A stretch of DNA of 41,810 nt from Candidatus Bathyarchaeota archaeon (GCA_020354065.1 CP070640.1:482013-523822); one strand, 5' to 3'; shown: positions 1-9,422, counted from the stretch's first letter. The notes: generated by a model not told the origin, from the letters alone. A program made the numbers and translations.

Positions 1-462
1 AACGACGGGTCTATCCATGCCGATCCCCAGGAACTCCTCCCCCTCTTCGGCCTCTCGCATCAAGAGATCCCCTGCGAGACCGTCATCATCGAAGGCTGCC
101 AGGGGAATAGCCGTATCTATCGAGGCTAGGTTGATGGCATCTACAACAGTATTGATCTTCGGGAGGGAGCGTCCCCTCAACACCCGCCTTATGAGAGCCT
201 CTGCAGCTGGCCTGGTCTTGGTCGGGTCCACGCCCACCCGCCAGAAGAAATCTCGATAGGCCCTGAAGAGGGGGTGCTCTTTCAACTGGTCGAGGTTCCA
301 CCTGCTCCGCGTCCTCTCGATAACTTCAGCCTTGAATCTCTCAAGATCTGCTTCTTCTCTATTGACCTCGACACCTCGTAACCTCAAAACTTGGGCTCTG
401 AGACCGGGAAACTTCGTCTTGAGAGTTAGGTCTACCGTGATGAACAATGGATATTCCTCCAT
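1..462 (-). CDS. B3/B4 (PheT-like tRNA-editing) domain protein, runs off the left edge
   Basis: Not in the ORF track. Manual translation gives MEEYPLFITVDLTLKTKFPGL...FRAYRDFFWRVGVDPTKTRPAAEALIRRVLRGRSLPKINTVVDAINLASIDTAIPLAAFD, the typical B3/4 signature. Start is ATG 462 or TTG 447. Confidence 0.85.
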   Translation of the reverse strand, partial: MEEYPLFITVDLTLKTKFPGLRAQVLRLRGVEVNREEADLERFKAEVIERTRSRWNLDQLKEHPLFRAYRDFFWRVGVDPTKTRPAAEALIRRVLRGRSLPKINTVVDAINLASIDTAIPLAAFDDDGLAGDLLMREAEEGEEFLGIGMDRPVV

Positions 463-473
463 TATCGATGGGT

Positions 474-1010
474 CTAATCATTGCTGTTTACGGAGTCGGT
501 CTTCGCCAGGTCTCTGATACGCCCCTCCCCATCGATCTCCTTCAAATACTTGTATACCCTGGGGGGAACTAATTCTTCCCAATCCTCCCCCTCTAGGATC
601 CGCCTCCTGATCTCCGTGGCCTCATACTGATCTCTCATGTGGAGCTCGATGCCTCTCACCTCGTATCCGGCCTCGATTAACAGCCGTCTGGTCAGTGACT
701 GGTTGGTGTAGACGATGTCAAACTGGGGTGTCTGGGACTCGACCTGGGAGACCCAGACTCTGTGGGCTGGGGCGTCGGGAATGGGGATGAGCATGTATCT
801 ATCAGCGCCGACTCCATCTGCTGAGAGAGCGTTTCTGATCATCACTAGGCGCTCGCCGGCCGTGAAGGGGTTGTCGGGCTCGTGGCTCATCTGGGCGCTG
901 CCCACAACGATCAGAAGCTCGTTGTTCTCCTCAAGGATCTTCCTCACAGCGTGAAGGTGGCCGTTGTGGAAGGGCTGAAACCTGCCGACAAAAAGCGCGC
1001 GCCTGGACAC
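474..1010 (-). CDS. nadM: Nicotinamide-nucleotide adenylyltransferase (archaeal NMNAT)
   Basis: GRFQPFHNGH (HxGH), SHEPDNPFTAGER and ATEIR motifs. Probable GTG start at 1010 (ORF open to 1025). Confidence 0.93.
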   Translation of the reverse strand: MSRRALFVGRFQPFHNGHLHAVRKILEENNELLIVVGSAQMSHEPDNPFTAGERLVMIRNALSADGVGADRYMLIPIPDAPAHRVWVSQVESQTPQFDIVYTNQSLTRRLLIEAGYEVRGIELHMRDQYEATEIRRRILEGEDWEELVPPRVYKYLKEIDGEGRIRDLAKTDSVNSND

Positions 1011-1215
1011 TTGCACCAACCCCAAGACTCGTTTAAAAATGTCAGGTGACTTATTTAACGTATTTTACAGCCAGAACCCAAATAATGGTTCAACTGTCCC
1101 AGATGATCGGCTGTGAAAAGCCCTCCGATTCGAATCTTATAGATTCTCGCGCAATCGGGTCAGTTAAATAAAACGAGAAGGCTTTACCGAGTAATATTAA
1201 ACGAGGACACGACCG

Positions 1216-1815
1216 GTGGTTGGCAGGGGAGACCTCAAATTGCTTCATCCAAGCTGGGATGACATCCAGCGCCTATCCGAGGCTGTAGCAGCGAAAGTCA
1301 TGGAGCACGGTTATGAGCCAGACCTCATCGTGGCCGTCAGCCGTGGCGGCTTCGACCCTGCAAGGATCATGTGCGACCAGCTCATGGTGAGGAGGTTGGC
1401 CAGCGTCCAGGTAGAGTACTACAACGATGTAGGCAGCACAACAGATGTTCCAAGGATCATCTACCCACTGAATGCCGATGTGAACGGGCTGAAGATACTA
1501 GTGGTCGATGACGTCTCGGACACTGGGACCTCACTGAAGGCGGCTAAAGAGCATGTAGAGAGTCGTGGCGCCACCGAGGTTAGGGTTGCGACTCTTCACA
1601 TCAAGCCTTGGACGACGCTCAAGCCAGACTATCATGCAGCGGAGACAGATGCGTGGATCGTCTACCCCTGGGAGCCGATTGAGAGCATGCTCTCGATAGC
1701 TGCAATGCTTAAATATAAAGGCTTGAGCCCCTCGGAGATCAAAGAGAAGCTAATGGAATTGGGATTCGATCCGAGATTCTTTGGAAGGCTCCCTCATACA
1801 TCCTCGAAAACGTAG
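1216..1815 (+). CDS. Type I phosphoribosyltransferase (purine salvage, Gpt/Hpt-like)
   Basis: AVSRGG, PRPP-binding loop ILVVDDVSDTGTSL, and WIVYPWE. Confidence 0.88.
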   Translation: MVGRGDLKLLHPSWDDIQRLSEAVAAKVMEHGYEPDLIVAVSRGGFDPARIMCDQLMVRRLASVQVEYYNDVGSTTDVPRIIYPLNADVNGLKILVVDDVSDTGTSLKAAKEHVESRGATEVRVATLHIKPWTTLKPDYHAAETDAWIVYPWEPIESMLSIAAMLKYKGLSPSEIKEKLMELGFDPRFFGRLPHTSSKT

Positions 1816-2660
1816 ACAGTCTCCTCGTAGCGCCGTCCTCTCCACACCTGCCCCGGGAGGACCCGCTTCAGAGCTTTCCTCTCCAACAGCTGCGAGAGAC
1901 GCCTGTTGGCCTCCTTGACGGTTATCTCGGTGTCCTTAAGCATCTCAAGGGGGATGTTCACACCGAAGGGGCGGGCGGGGACGATGTGCCTGGTTGCTTT
2001 AAACGTGAAGACTTTCCCTTTGCTTATGATGTCAAGAACATGATGTTTCTCGATCCTAGGCGGGCATAACACAAATCCAACCTCGCCCTTCTTTAACATC
2101 TCCTCAGCGTCCAGCTCTGTCTCATAACCAACTTTATCACCCCGCTCCCTCAACCAGGACTCGATGATAGCCATGATTTCGAGGGCTGGGAGTATGCCTG
2201 ATTCCGAGGAGACCATCCTGTAAAAGCCATCATTTAGCATTAATAGAAAATCCGCTCCACCTCTTACATCACTTTTTCTTAGAGAGATCTTGTACGTATC
2301 GAGTTCACTGAACTTTTCTTTTAACTCCTCGATCCTTACTGTCCTTCGGGTTACACGGCACCAGCGGTCGACCTTTATTTCCCGACTCTGATAGTCCACC
2401 AGACAAACACAGGTGAATCTGCATCCAATGCTGCGGAGGGCTTCTACTCTGTGCATCCCATCCAAGACCACAAGGGATTCTCTGTCTACGATGACGGGTG
2501 ATCTTAAGACGCCATCTCTCTCAATTTCCTCTAATAACTGTTCTAGGCTCTCTGGTATCGTTTCCTCGTGGAGCAGCAACCTATCCGTCTCTACAAGAGC
2601 GATGTCCAGCCTGAGTCCATCACTTGGTATTGTATAGGCGACGAAGTGGCTACCGCTCAT
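1794..2660 (-). CDS. SerK/SbnI-like free serine kinase (ParB/Srx fold)
   Basis: LHEE...PVIVD...VLDGMHR...VDY...IKVDRW and the C-terminal KVFTFKATRHIVP match the layout of Thermococcus SerK. ATG at 2660. Overlaps the 3' end of the convergent PRTase. Confidence 0.7.
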   Translation of the reverse strand: MSGSHFVAYTIPSDGLRLDIALVETDRLLLHEETIPESLEQLLEEIERDGVLRSPVIVDRESLVVLDGMHRVEALRSIGCRFTCVCLVDYQSREIKVDRWCRVTRRTVRIEELKEKFSELDTYKISLRKSDVRGGADFLLMLNDGFYRMVSSESGILPALEIMAIIESWLRERGDKVGYETELDAEEMLKKGEVGFVLCPPRIEKHHVLDIISKGKVFTFKATRHIVPARPFGVNIPLEMLKDTEITVKEANRRLSQLLERKALKRVLPGQVWRGRRYEETVYVFEDV

Positions 2661-2793
2661 GTGCCTCAACTGAACTCATCTGATTATGTTATATGTTTAA
2701 TGGCGGAAATTTAATTGATCTCGAAGTCAGATGTATACAAATAATGGCAGTTGAAAATAGTGCCAAGCGATTGACGCAGTGGCAGGCTCAACC

Positions 2794-3003
2794 TCAGATC
2801 CTGCTTACTTCTTGAGTCTCTTCTATCCTCATGAGCCTTGTGACATAGCCAGCGATCCTGTTCCTGAGCTTTTTTGACACATCCAGCTCAATCTCTTTTA
2901 AGAATTGTTTGTTCTGCTCGAACTCGATAGTGAAGCTCCTCTCATACCTATCTATCAACTCAAGCGAGATGCGCTTCACCATCTCTGTCCGCACCTTTCC
3001 CAT
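2794..3003 (-). CDS. rps17e: 30S ribosomal protein S17e
   Basis: MGKVRTEMVKR...FEQNK...SKKLRNRIAGYVTR. Confidence 0.96.
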   Translation of the reverse strand: MGKVRTEMVKRISLELIDRYERSFTIEFEQNKQFLKEIELDVSKKLRNRIAGYVTRLMRIEETQEVSRI

Positions 3004-3409
3004 GTCGTTCACCGGACTTATTTCAAGACCTAGCGCTGATATGGAACCCTCTCAGTGTTTTAAATCTTACCCTGGATTGATCCATCCCCGACACTCATAG
3101 AAATTTTTGAAGAATGTATTAATCACTTCGATTCACGTACTGAGAATAAGGTATATACAGTTATAGTCCTATGATTCTGTTTTGAATAATTTTGGCCTCA
3201 GTGTAACTCTGATCGGTCATCACGTCGCCCTAATGCCTTCACATCATTGGCCAATACCTACCATATACTAAGCCGATAAATATGTTGTTATGAAGATAAA
3301 ATTCAATCCTCGTAACCAAAACTGTGGATCAGAAACAAGATGGTTATGCCTACCATTCATTGGGTCACAACAGATATTTACTCTCGAAAGGTTATTCCCT
3401 TGGACTTTA

Positions 3410-4438
3410 ATGTGGCGAATCCCCACTCGACTCCGACCAGCACTAGCAATCCACTTCACGACCCGGTTCGCCATTTTCTTCACAGTCTCCTGGACTTTCC
3501 TCTCCTTGTTGCTGAGGCTTGATCCAGTGACCGTGACGGCTGCGGGGTTCCTGATCACAGTGATCTCAATTGCACTAGAATGGCTGGCCGGACCCTACCT
3601 GATCGTGACCCTGCTCAACCCTCGATGGACTGGAAGAGAGAATGACACGAACCTTTGGTCCCTCGTCGAGAGTGAAGCGGACAAGGCCGGAGTGAAGGTT
3701 AGGAGGATCGGTATCCTGAACATGGAAGCCCCAAACGCTCTCATCATCGCCTCTGTCTCTGGGCACCCATCGATTCTCTTCACAAAGGGCCTCCTCTCCA
3801 GCCTGCATTATTCAGAGGTCAGGGTCGTGACCGCCAACATGATGGGAGCTGTAAAGTCGGGGTTCCTGAGCGCTGTGACCACCCTCTCGGGGCTCTTAAC
3901 CTTGTCACACCGGATCGCAGGAGGCTACATCGAGAGCTGTGTAACCGGTAAGAAGAAAAACATCTTCCAGATGATCCTGGCGGCTATCGGTTATCTTCTC
4001 TTCGTGTTGACCGTGCCCCAGAGCGTAATGGCGAGCCGCCCTATGACCCTCTATGAGGATGAGCACGGCATCACCCAGACTAGCGATCCCTCAAGCCTCC
4101 TGACCGCCCTCCTCAAGGTTGCAACAGGGACGGCGGGAGCGGCTTCGGGGCCCAGTCGCATATTGTTCACACCCGTCAAGGGACTCATGTTCCTCGATCC
4201 AACGATCGCCCTCAGAGATTCAGCGGGGCTGGAGAAAGCAGCCCAGAGCTATGGCATTGACACAAAGAGGCTGTTGGGACATGATGAAAAGGGGTACGAG
4301 AGAAGGGTTGTGATCGAGTTTCATATGTTCGAGAGGTTCTGGAGCCAACCCAATCTCATTGACAGGTTCAGACGCGTGGTAAGCTTCGGGAAGGGTGTGA
4401 AGTTCCCGATTAAAGTAGGTTTGGCCTGGATCGAGTAG
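3410..4438 (+). CDS. HtpX/M48 family membrane protein with a degenerate zinc site
   Basis: Two N-terminal TMs, then PNAL and ILFTKGLL. The HExxH position reads ANMMGA. C-terminal SQPNLIDRF resembles THPxxxxR. Probable start ATG 3410 (ORF open from 3290). Confidence 0.7.
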   Translation: MWRIPTRLRPALAIHFTTRFAIFFTVSWTFLSLLLRLDPVTVTAAGFLITVISIALEWLAGPYLIVTLLNPRWTGRENDTNLWSLVESEADKAGVKVRRIGILNMEAPNALIIASVSGHPSILFTKGLLSSLHYSEVRVVTANMMGAVKSGFLSAVTTLSGLLTLSHRIAGGYIESCVTGKKKNIFQMILAAIGYLLFVLTVPQSVMASRPMTLYEDEHGITQTSDPSSLLTALLKVATGTAGAASGPSRILFTPVKGLMFLDPTIALRDSAGLEKAAQSYGIDTKRLLGHDEKGYERRVVIEFHMFERFWSQPNLIDRFRRVVSFGKGVKFPIKVGLAWIE

Positions 4439-4440
4439 TT

Positions 4441-5031
4441 TCACTCGATCTTGATCTGGGTGCCCCTATCCTCACGCTTCTTCTTGCCCAGGACCGTCTC
4501 CAGGACGCCGTTCCTGTACGTGGAGCGGGCTGAGAACTCGTCGATCTCTCCGGGGAGCTCCAGCTCCTTGTAGTATCTCCTGTCCGGGGTCTCCACCTTG
4601 ATGGATAGTGTGTGGTCGGTGACATGCAGTTTGATATCCTCTTTCTCGACACCGGGAAGTTCTGCGACCACCTTGTACTGGTTTTCTTCCTCGATGATGT
4701 CAACAAGTGGCTCCCTCTGCTCTTGAAGGTTTAGCGGGGGCTGCCCCTCTCCACCAGGGCCGGGCTTGATGTTACCAAACTCTCTGATGATGGGTTTCCC
4801 GTCGGGGCCGATCTTCACTGAATAACCGTAGACGAAGGGGCCGTACTCCCTCCTGACAGAGCCGTCTGGGAGGCGTCGGACCCTGACCATGTCTCGGGGC
4901 ATGAAGTTCTCCATCTCTCTGAAAGACTCGGTCATCTCCTTCTCCATCTCCTCGATAAGCCGGTCGATCTCGGGGAAGAAGAAACCGCGGCGCTCCTTTA
5001 GTCTTTTTAACCAATCGTCCCAGAATGACAT
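4441..5031 (-). CDS. hsp20: Small heat-shock protein Hsp20
   Basis: GPFVYGYSVKIGPDGKP, REPLVD, AELPGVEKEDI, YRNGVLE and C-terminal IKIE (IxI). Start MSFWDDW at 5031. Confidence 0.95.
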   Translation of the reverse strand: MSFWDDWLKRLKERRGFFFPEIDRLIEEMEKEMTESFREMENFMPRDMVRVRRLPDGSVRREYGPFVYGYSVKIGPDGKPIIREFGNIKPGPGGEGQPPLNLQEQREPLVDIIEEENQYKVVAELPGVEKEDIKLHVTDHTLSIKVETPDRRYYKELELPGEIDEFSARSTYRNGVLETVLGKKKREDRGTQIKIE

Positions 5032-5123
5032 ATCCCGATCAACCTGATCAATCGAACACCCTTTCTTAAAGGTTCGCCGTGGGAAAGGGTAAATATCATC
5101 TGATTCCAGAGATACTTGGTGTG

Positions 5124-5393
5124 ATGGCTTTGTCGAAGTTACCAATTGAAGCCCTCGTAGGCAGTACAACCTTGGATTTTGATGAAATCGAGGAGAACTG
5201 GAACACTTACAATCTGAGTGACGGTACGACCCTCAAGGTTAAACTCGTCCTCAGAGGTGTCAAGCGCCTGAACAAGTATGAGCCAGACGGGAATCCCATC
5301 TACGTCATTAACTCAATAAATGTTGTGAGGGCCCTCAACATCCCCGACGAGCTGAAAGTAAAACCCAAAGAGTCCGAGATACCCCCAGTATGA
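5124..5393 (+). CDS. Small hypothetical protein
   Basis: ENWNTYNLSDGTTLKVKL...PDGNPIY is protein-like and beta-rich. It is divergent from hsp20 and first in a run with the thyX pair. Confidence 0.75.
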   Translation: MALSKLPIEALVGSTTLDFDEIEENWNTYNLSDGTTLKVKLVLRGVKRLNKYEPDGNPIYVINSINVVRALNIPDELKVKPKESEIPPV

Positions 5394-5420
5394 CTAAGGA
5401 TTGGCCAGAGGAGAAGACCT

Positions 5421-5834
5421 TTGAGACTCGACCTCGTTGCACACTCCCCAGATGTGGAGGCTCTCATCGCCACTGCGATGCTGACAACCACAAGCGGAAC
5501 GAGGCCTTCCAAATTATTCCAGCGTCTCCTCAAGAATCCGGGGAAGGTTAGGGAGATCGTCAGGAGGCTTGAGCCTCAGCACGGGAGCGTCTTGGAGCAC
5601 AACAGGTTCACCTGGGTGATGGAGGCTTCCAACGAGAAGGTGTTAGAAGCCCTACTGGCGAGCAAGTTCTTCGATGTATCTCCCTTGGGCGCTGGGAGAT
5701 GGCTCATGAGCGCGAATCTACGGGCGGTAATCGAGTACTCCGCAGGGAGGAAGGAAGCCCTGGCTGAGGCTCTTATATCATCATTGAAGGGGATCATACC
5801 CTCCGTGAAAGCAGTCCAGATGTGGTGGCGGTGA
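5421..5834 (+). CDS. ThyX-like subunit A (keeps the N-terminal helices, HxSxxEH and NxR; lacks RHR)
   Basis: MRLDLVAHSPDVEALIATA...QHGSVLEHNRFTW...LMSANLRAV. Its stop TGA overlaps the next GTG (GTGA). Confidence 0.7.
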   Translation: MRLDLVAHSPDVEALIATAMLTTTSGTRPSKLFQRLLKNPGKVREIVRRLEPQHGSVLEHNRFTWVMEASNEKVLEALLASKFFDVSPLGAGRWLMSANLRAVIEYSAGRKEALAEALISSLKGIIPSVKAVQMWWR

Positions 5835-6436
5835 AAGCAGAGCTCCTGAGCCACACGTCCTCAGACGGATTGAGAGACTCAATTCCGGAGGAACGAATCG
5901 ACAAGGTGGACCTCCTTCCGCATCTCTCCTTCACCTTCGCTATCGAGGGGATCAGCAGGGCTTGCAGCCACCAGCTCGTCCGCCACCGGGTTGCCTCTTT
6001 CTCCCAGCAGAGCCAGAGACATATCCCTGTAAGGCGTCTCAAGGAGCGCGTAGTCACCCCTCCCACCATCGAGGAGAGTGCAAAGGATCTTTTCATTTCC
6101 CTCATCGAGGCCTCGAGTGAAGCGTACCAGAGGCTCGTTGAGGCGGAGATCCCGATTGAGGATGCCCGCTTCGTGCTCCCCAACGCCGCGGAGACCAGCC
6201 TACTGATGACCATGGAGGGCCTCGCCCTCATGCGCTTCTTCGGTCTCAGGTGCTGCGAACGGGCCCAGTGGGAGATCAAAGCCGTTGCGGACGAGATGCT
6301 CCGACAAGTAAGAATGGTGGAGCCCCGACAGTTCGAGAAGGCTGGCCCTTACTGCTTCCAACTTGGAAACTGTCCGGAAGGTTGTTTCACATGCGGTAAG
6401 ATAAACGAGGTCAGCGAGCGCTACCGCCGTCTTTAA
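5831..6436 (+). CDS. thyX: FAD-dependent thymidylate synthase ThyX, RHR-motif subunit
   Basis: SFTFAIEGISRACSHQLVRHRVASFSQQSQR, EDARFVLPNA and LRCCERAQWEI. Start GTG 5831 (MKAELLSHT) is preceded by GGTGG. Confidence 0.93.
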   Translation: MKAELLSHTSSDGLRDSIPEERIDKVDLLPHLSFTFAIEGISRACSHQLVRHRVASFSQQSQRHIPVRRLKERVVTPPTIEESAKDLFISLIEASSEAYQRLVEAEIPIEDARFVLPNAAETSLLMTMEGLALMRFFGLRCCERAQWEIKAVADEMLRQVRMVEPRQFEKAGPYCFQLGNCPEGCFTCGKINEVSERYRRL

Positions 6437-6511
6437 GATCCACGTAAACCTAACGTACTTAAAATATGGGATATGTTTGGAAGAAAGCATTCTCACTGTG
6501 TAAAAGCAGTA

Positions 6512-6766
6512 TCATACCTCGAAAGCGATTACCCGCCCGGTGACAGGATCTATTTGGAATTTGAAGTGGATATGGTCTTTACTGAACCAGCCCTTCTTCA
6601 CCACCACATCCCCCTCGACCTCCCAGATGTCCTTCTGTGCCCCGGTCTGATACCATGATCTGGAGAACGTTACCTCTTTGACCCTGTTTGAACCAAATTG
6701 TGAGACCAGAAACCTCTTGGCGACCGCTTGGGCACTGGTGGCGTCATCGACCCTGACTCCCGACAT
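6512..6766 (-). CDS. Hypothetical protein (PepSY-like alpha/beta pattern)
   Basis: AQAVAKRFL...WEVEG...FQIDPVTGRVIAF. Confidence 0.7.
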   Translation of the reverse strand: MSGVRVDDATSAQAVAKRFLVSQFGSNRVKEVTFSRSWYQTGAQKDIWEVEGDVVVKKGWFSKDHIHFKFQIDPVTGRVIAFEV

Positions 6767-6877
6767 CTGTATCATCGATGAAATGGAACCAGGAATATAT
6801 GAAACACGCGGTCCAAGAGCTCAGTAACCCTTTCTCGGATCACGGGCACACAAGAGAGGCTCGTGGTAAAAAACCTT

Positions 6878-7116
6878 CTAATAATCCTTCCGATCCAGCT
6901 CCTTCCCCCAGTAGACCCTGTTGCCCCCCTCAGCCAGGAGCACTTCTACTCCCTCCCCCTCATTCAGTCTCATGCACCACCCTGTAACATCTGCACCAAC
7001 TCCACATCAGGATAGATAGCATCTATCTGGTGCCCATGCTTCTCCCCGAACTAGTTCCCATCAGTGAAGGGCACCTGATACTCCCTAGGGATCCCACTCA
7101 CTACGACCTTCACCAT
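6878..7116 (-). pseudogene. Degraded 5' fragment of a gene, probably D-2-hydroxyacid dehydrogenase family
   Basis: GGAGG precedes ATG 7116: MVKVVVSGIPREYQVPFTDGN* (TAG 7053-7051) FGEKHGHQIDAIYPDVELVQ. After a frameshift it continues GVEVLLAEGGNRVYWGKELDRKDY*. The family assignment is from recollection and is tentative. Confidence 0.5.
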
Positions 7117-7255
7117 CGATCTTCCTCCCGGAAAACGGCTCTTTAGTATAAAAGTGTAGGCAGGATATGCCTTCCACATGAATAAACTTTAAATCTTATT
7201 CCTCTATCAAGATTACCGATTGGAACACTCCTAGAGAAATACGAGGGTTACAGTT

Positions 7256-7546
7256 TTGTCCGCAGGTAAACAATGTTTCCCTAAATGCCGCGATTTTAAG
7301 TGCATCAAAAGGTCGCTCAGACTAAGGGGTAAGCAGGCCTGGTGCGAATGGACAAACGAGAACTGCAGCCCCAGAAGCTGCACTTATGCTTCGTGCTTCC
7401 GGCGTCAGCTCCTCGAAGACGGTGTCTGCGGTAAGACCATCAAACGAAAGACCCGGGACGATCACGAGCCCGACGACTTCCTCCTCGACGAGATCCGTGC
7501 AAGGGGCAAGCTGATGCGCAAGACGGGGGAGAGATCAATCTTCTAG
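7256..7546 (+). CDS. Cys-rich, putatively metal-binding hypothetical protein
   Basis: Eight Cys: CFPKCRDFKC...WCEWTNENC...CTYASC...DGVC. Confidence 0.75.
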   Translation: MSAGKQCFPKCRDFKCIKRSLRLRGKQAWCEWTNENCSPRSCTYASCFRRQLLEDGVCGKTIKRKTRDDHEPDDFLLDEIRARGKLMRKTGERSIF

Positions 7547-7602
7547 CCCCCTATGGGAAACCACTGGATAAATAAGGTCAATAGAACGACTCTATCCCCC
7601 AG

Positions 7603-8454
7603 ATGAGTCACGATCTGCGAGCGGAGCTAATGGAAATTCTTCCTGAGGAAAAGATCCCTTTGATCACCAGATCCTTCGATATCTATGGATCCAAGCGAAA
7701 GGCGGTGGCAATCATCGAGATCCCCAAAGAGCTGGGGGATGTCGAGGGAGCGATCGCACAGGCCCTGATGAAGATCAACAAGAACGTGAAGAGCGTCCTC
7801 GTGAAGGAGTCTGGGCGAGAGGGAGCATTCAGGACCCGAGAGCTCAGGCTTGTCGCTGGAGCCCCCGATACGGAGGTTCTCCACAGAGAGGCCGGATGCC
7901 TGTTCAGGCTAGACCCCAAGACCGTGTACTTTTCTCCGAGGGAGAGCTCGGAGAGGGATCGGCTCACTGCTGCAGTCAATGAGGGGGAGGAGGTCCTTGT
8001 CATGTTCAGCGGAGTCTGTCCCCTCCCCATTCGCATTGCGAAGAAGCATAAGCGCATCCGTGTCACGGCCGTGGAGCTCAACCCTGAGGCCCACAATTAC
8101 GCCATCGAGAACATCCACCTGAACAGGGTCGGGGACCGGGTCTTGGCTCTCCAAGGCGATGTAAGGGAGATCTGCCCCAAGCTCGGTAGGCTTTATGACA
8201 GGATCGCCATGCCTCTGCCTAAGGGTGCCTTCAGATTCCTTGATGTTGCGGTGCCCCTCTTGAAAGACGAGGGGTTCCTCCACATGTATCATTGGGCCGA
8301 TGAGAATGACCTCTTCTCAGAAGCAAAAGGGCATATTCGTGGGGCAGCGGAAGCCGGAGGCAAGGTTGCGGAGTTTGTCAACTGGGTCAGAGTCTCCCAG
8401 TACAGCCCGAGAACTTGGAAAGTAAGGATCGACGCGAGAATCTCCCCCCTCTGA
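7603..8454 (+). CDS. Trm5/Taw2 (Met-10) family SAM-dependent tRNA-modifying transferase
   Basis: SFDIYG, REGAFRTR, VYFSPR...ER, VLVMFSGV, VELNPEA and RIAMPLP. Confidence 0.88.
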   Translation: MSHDLRAELMEILPEEKIPLITRSFDIYGSKRKAVAIIEIPKELGDVEGAIAQALMKINKNVKSVLVKESGREGAFRTRELRLVAGAPDTEVLHREAGCLFRLDPKTVYFSPRESSERDRLTAAVNEGEEVLVMFSGVCPLPIRIAKKHKRIRVTAVELNPEAHNYAIENIHLNRVGDRVLALQGDVREICPKLGRLYDRIAMPLPKGAFRFLDVAVPLLKDEGFLHMYHWADENDLFSEAKGHIRGAAEAGGKVAEFVNWVRVSQYSPRTWKVRIDARISPL

Positions 8455-8459
8455 ATTTC

Positions 8460-9170
8460 TCACCTGAAATAGAAGACTAGAGGCTTAGAAATCATTTCCA
8501 TCTCCTGACCACATTCTGGGCAGAACTGCCCTCGATACTTGATCTGGGTTCCACAGAACCTGCAGTATTTCACTTCGGGGGCAGGTCGCCTCTCCGGTTC
8601 CTTCCCGCAGAAAGGGCAATACTTCGACTCGTAGGGAACTGTCATCCCGCACCATCCGCAAAACCTCTCATAGCCTGAAACTGTAGGGTCAGACGGTTCA
8701 TGGGATATCTTGAACTTCGGTCTCCAGCGCTCAATGGGAGCTTTATGGATGGAGCCAAGAATGCCCCCGACCGCGACTCCTATCATGACTCCGGGGATGA
8801 TCGTGAGGACGGAGGCATACACCGCCATCCCGATGAAGGGGTTCTGTATCGCGCTCTCAACGGAATTTATCGGGGTTCTCTTTAGGAGCGATGAGATGTC
8901 CCGATAAAACAAGATGGTGAAGATAGCGGAGAGAGCCATAGAAAGAAGAGCCTTCTTTTTTTCCATGGCAAACCTCTCTGCAACAAGGCTGGCTATGATG
9001 GTCGTTATCAAAGTCGAGAAAGCCCACATCCAGGCATCATGACTTATTTCTAGGGGGATGAGGTTGAAGAGAACGTCGGCGGCAGCCACTATGAGCATGA
9101 TCAGTAAGATGGTGAAGGGGAAAGACCAGAGGGTGGGAAGATTCCTGTCTACACTCACCCCTAGCTTCAT
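8460..9170 (-). CDS. Membrane protein with a C-terminal double zinc ribbon
   Basis: About four TM segments, then CGWCG, CPFCG, CRFCG and CPECG. Confidence 0.8.
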   Translation of the reverse strand: MKLGVSVDRNLPTLWSFPFTILLIMLIVAAADVLFNLIPLEISHDAWMWAFSTLITTIIASLVAERFAMEKKKALLSMALSAIFTILFYRDISSLLKRTPINSVESAIQNPFIGMAVYASVLTIIPGVMIGVAVGGILGSIHKAPIERWRPKFKISHEPSDPTVSGYERFCGWCGMTVPYESKYCPFCGKEPERRPAPEVKYCRFCGTQIKYRGQFCPECGQEMEMISKPLVFYFR

Positions 9171-9422
9171 GAAAATGGCGCCGCCTAGTATTAATGATAT
9201 AGTGGTTCAGCGTCCCTGTTACAATTACTCTACATTATTTGATTTCTCCTTGTAAAAAATGAGTGATACTCTAGTGGAAATTTCATCGATTTTAAATCAG
9301 CTCTCCTTGGAAATTTAAATGAACGAAATAAAACTTTGCTGATGAAAGATTGATATTGTAAAGATTTATGTAACTTGGCGTGTTAGGTGTTATATTTTTA
9401 TAAGGAAAAGTCGGGTAGAAGC

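Noticed and set aside
5032..5169. Apparent 5' overlap of hsp20 and the divergent ORF
   Set aside because: Artefact of longest-ORF starts; the likely starts at 5031 and 5124 leave a normal promoter spacer.
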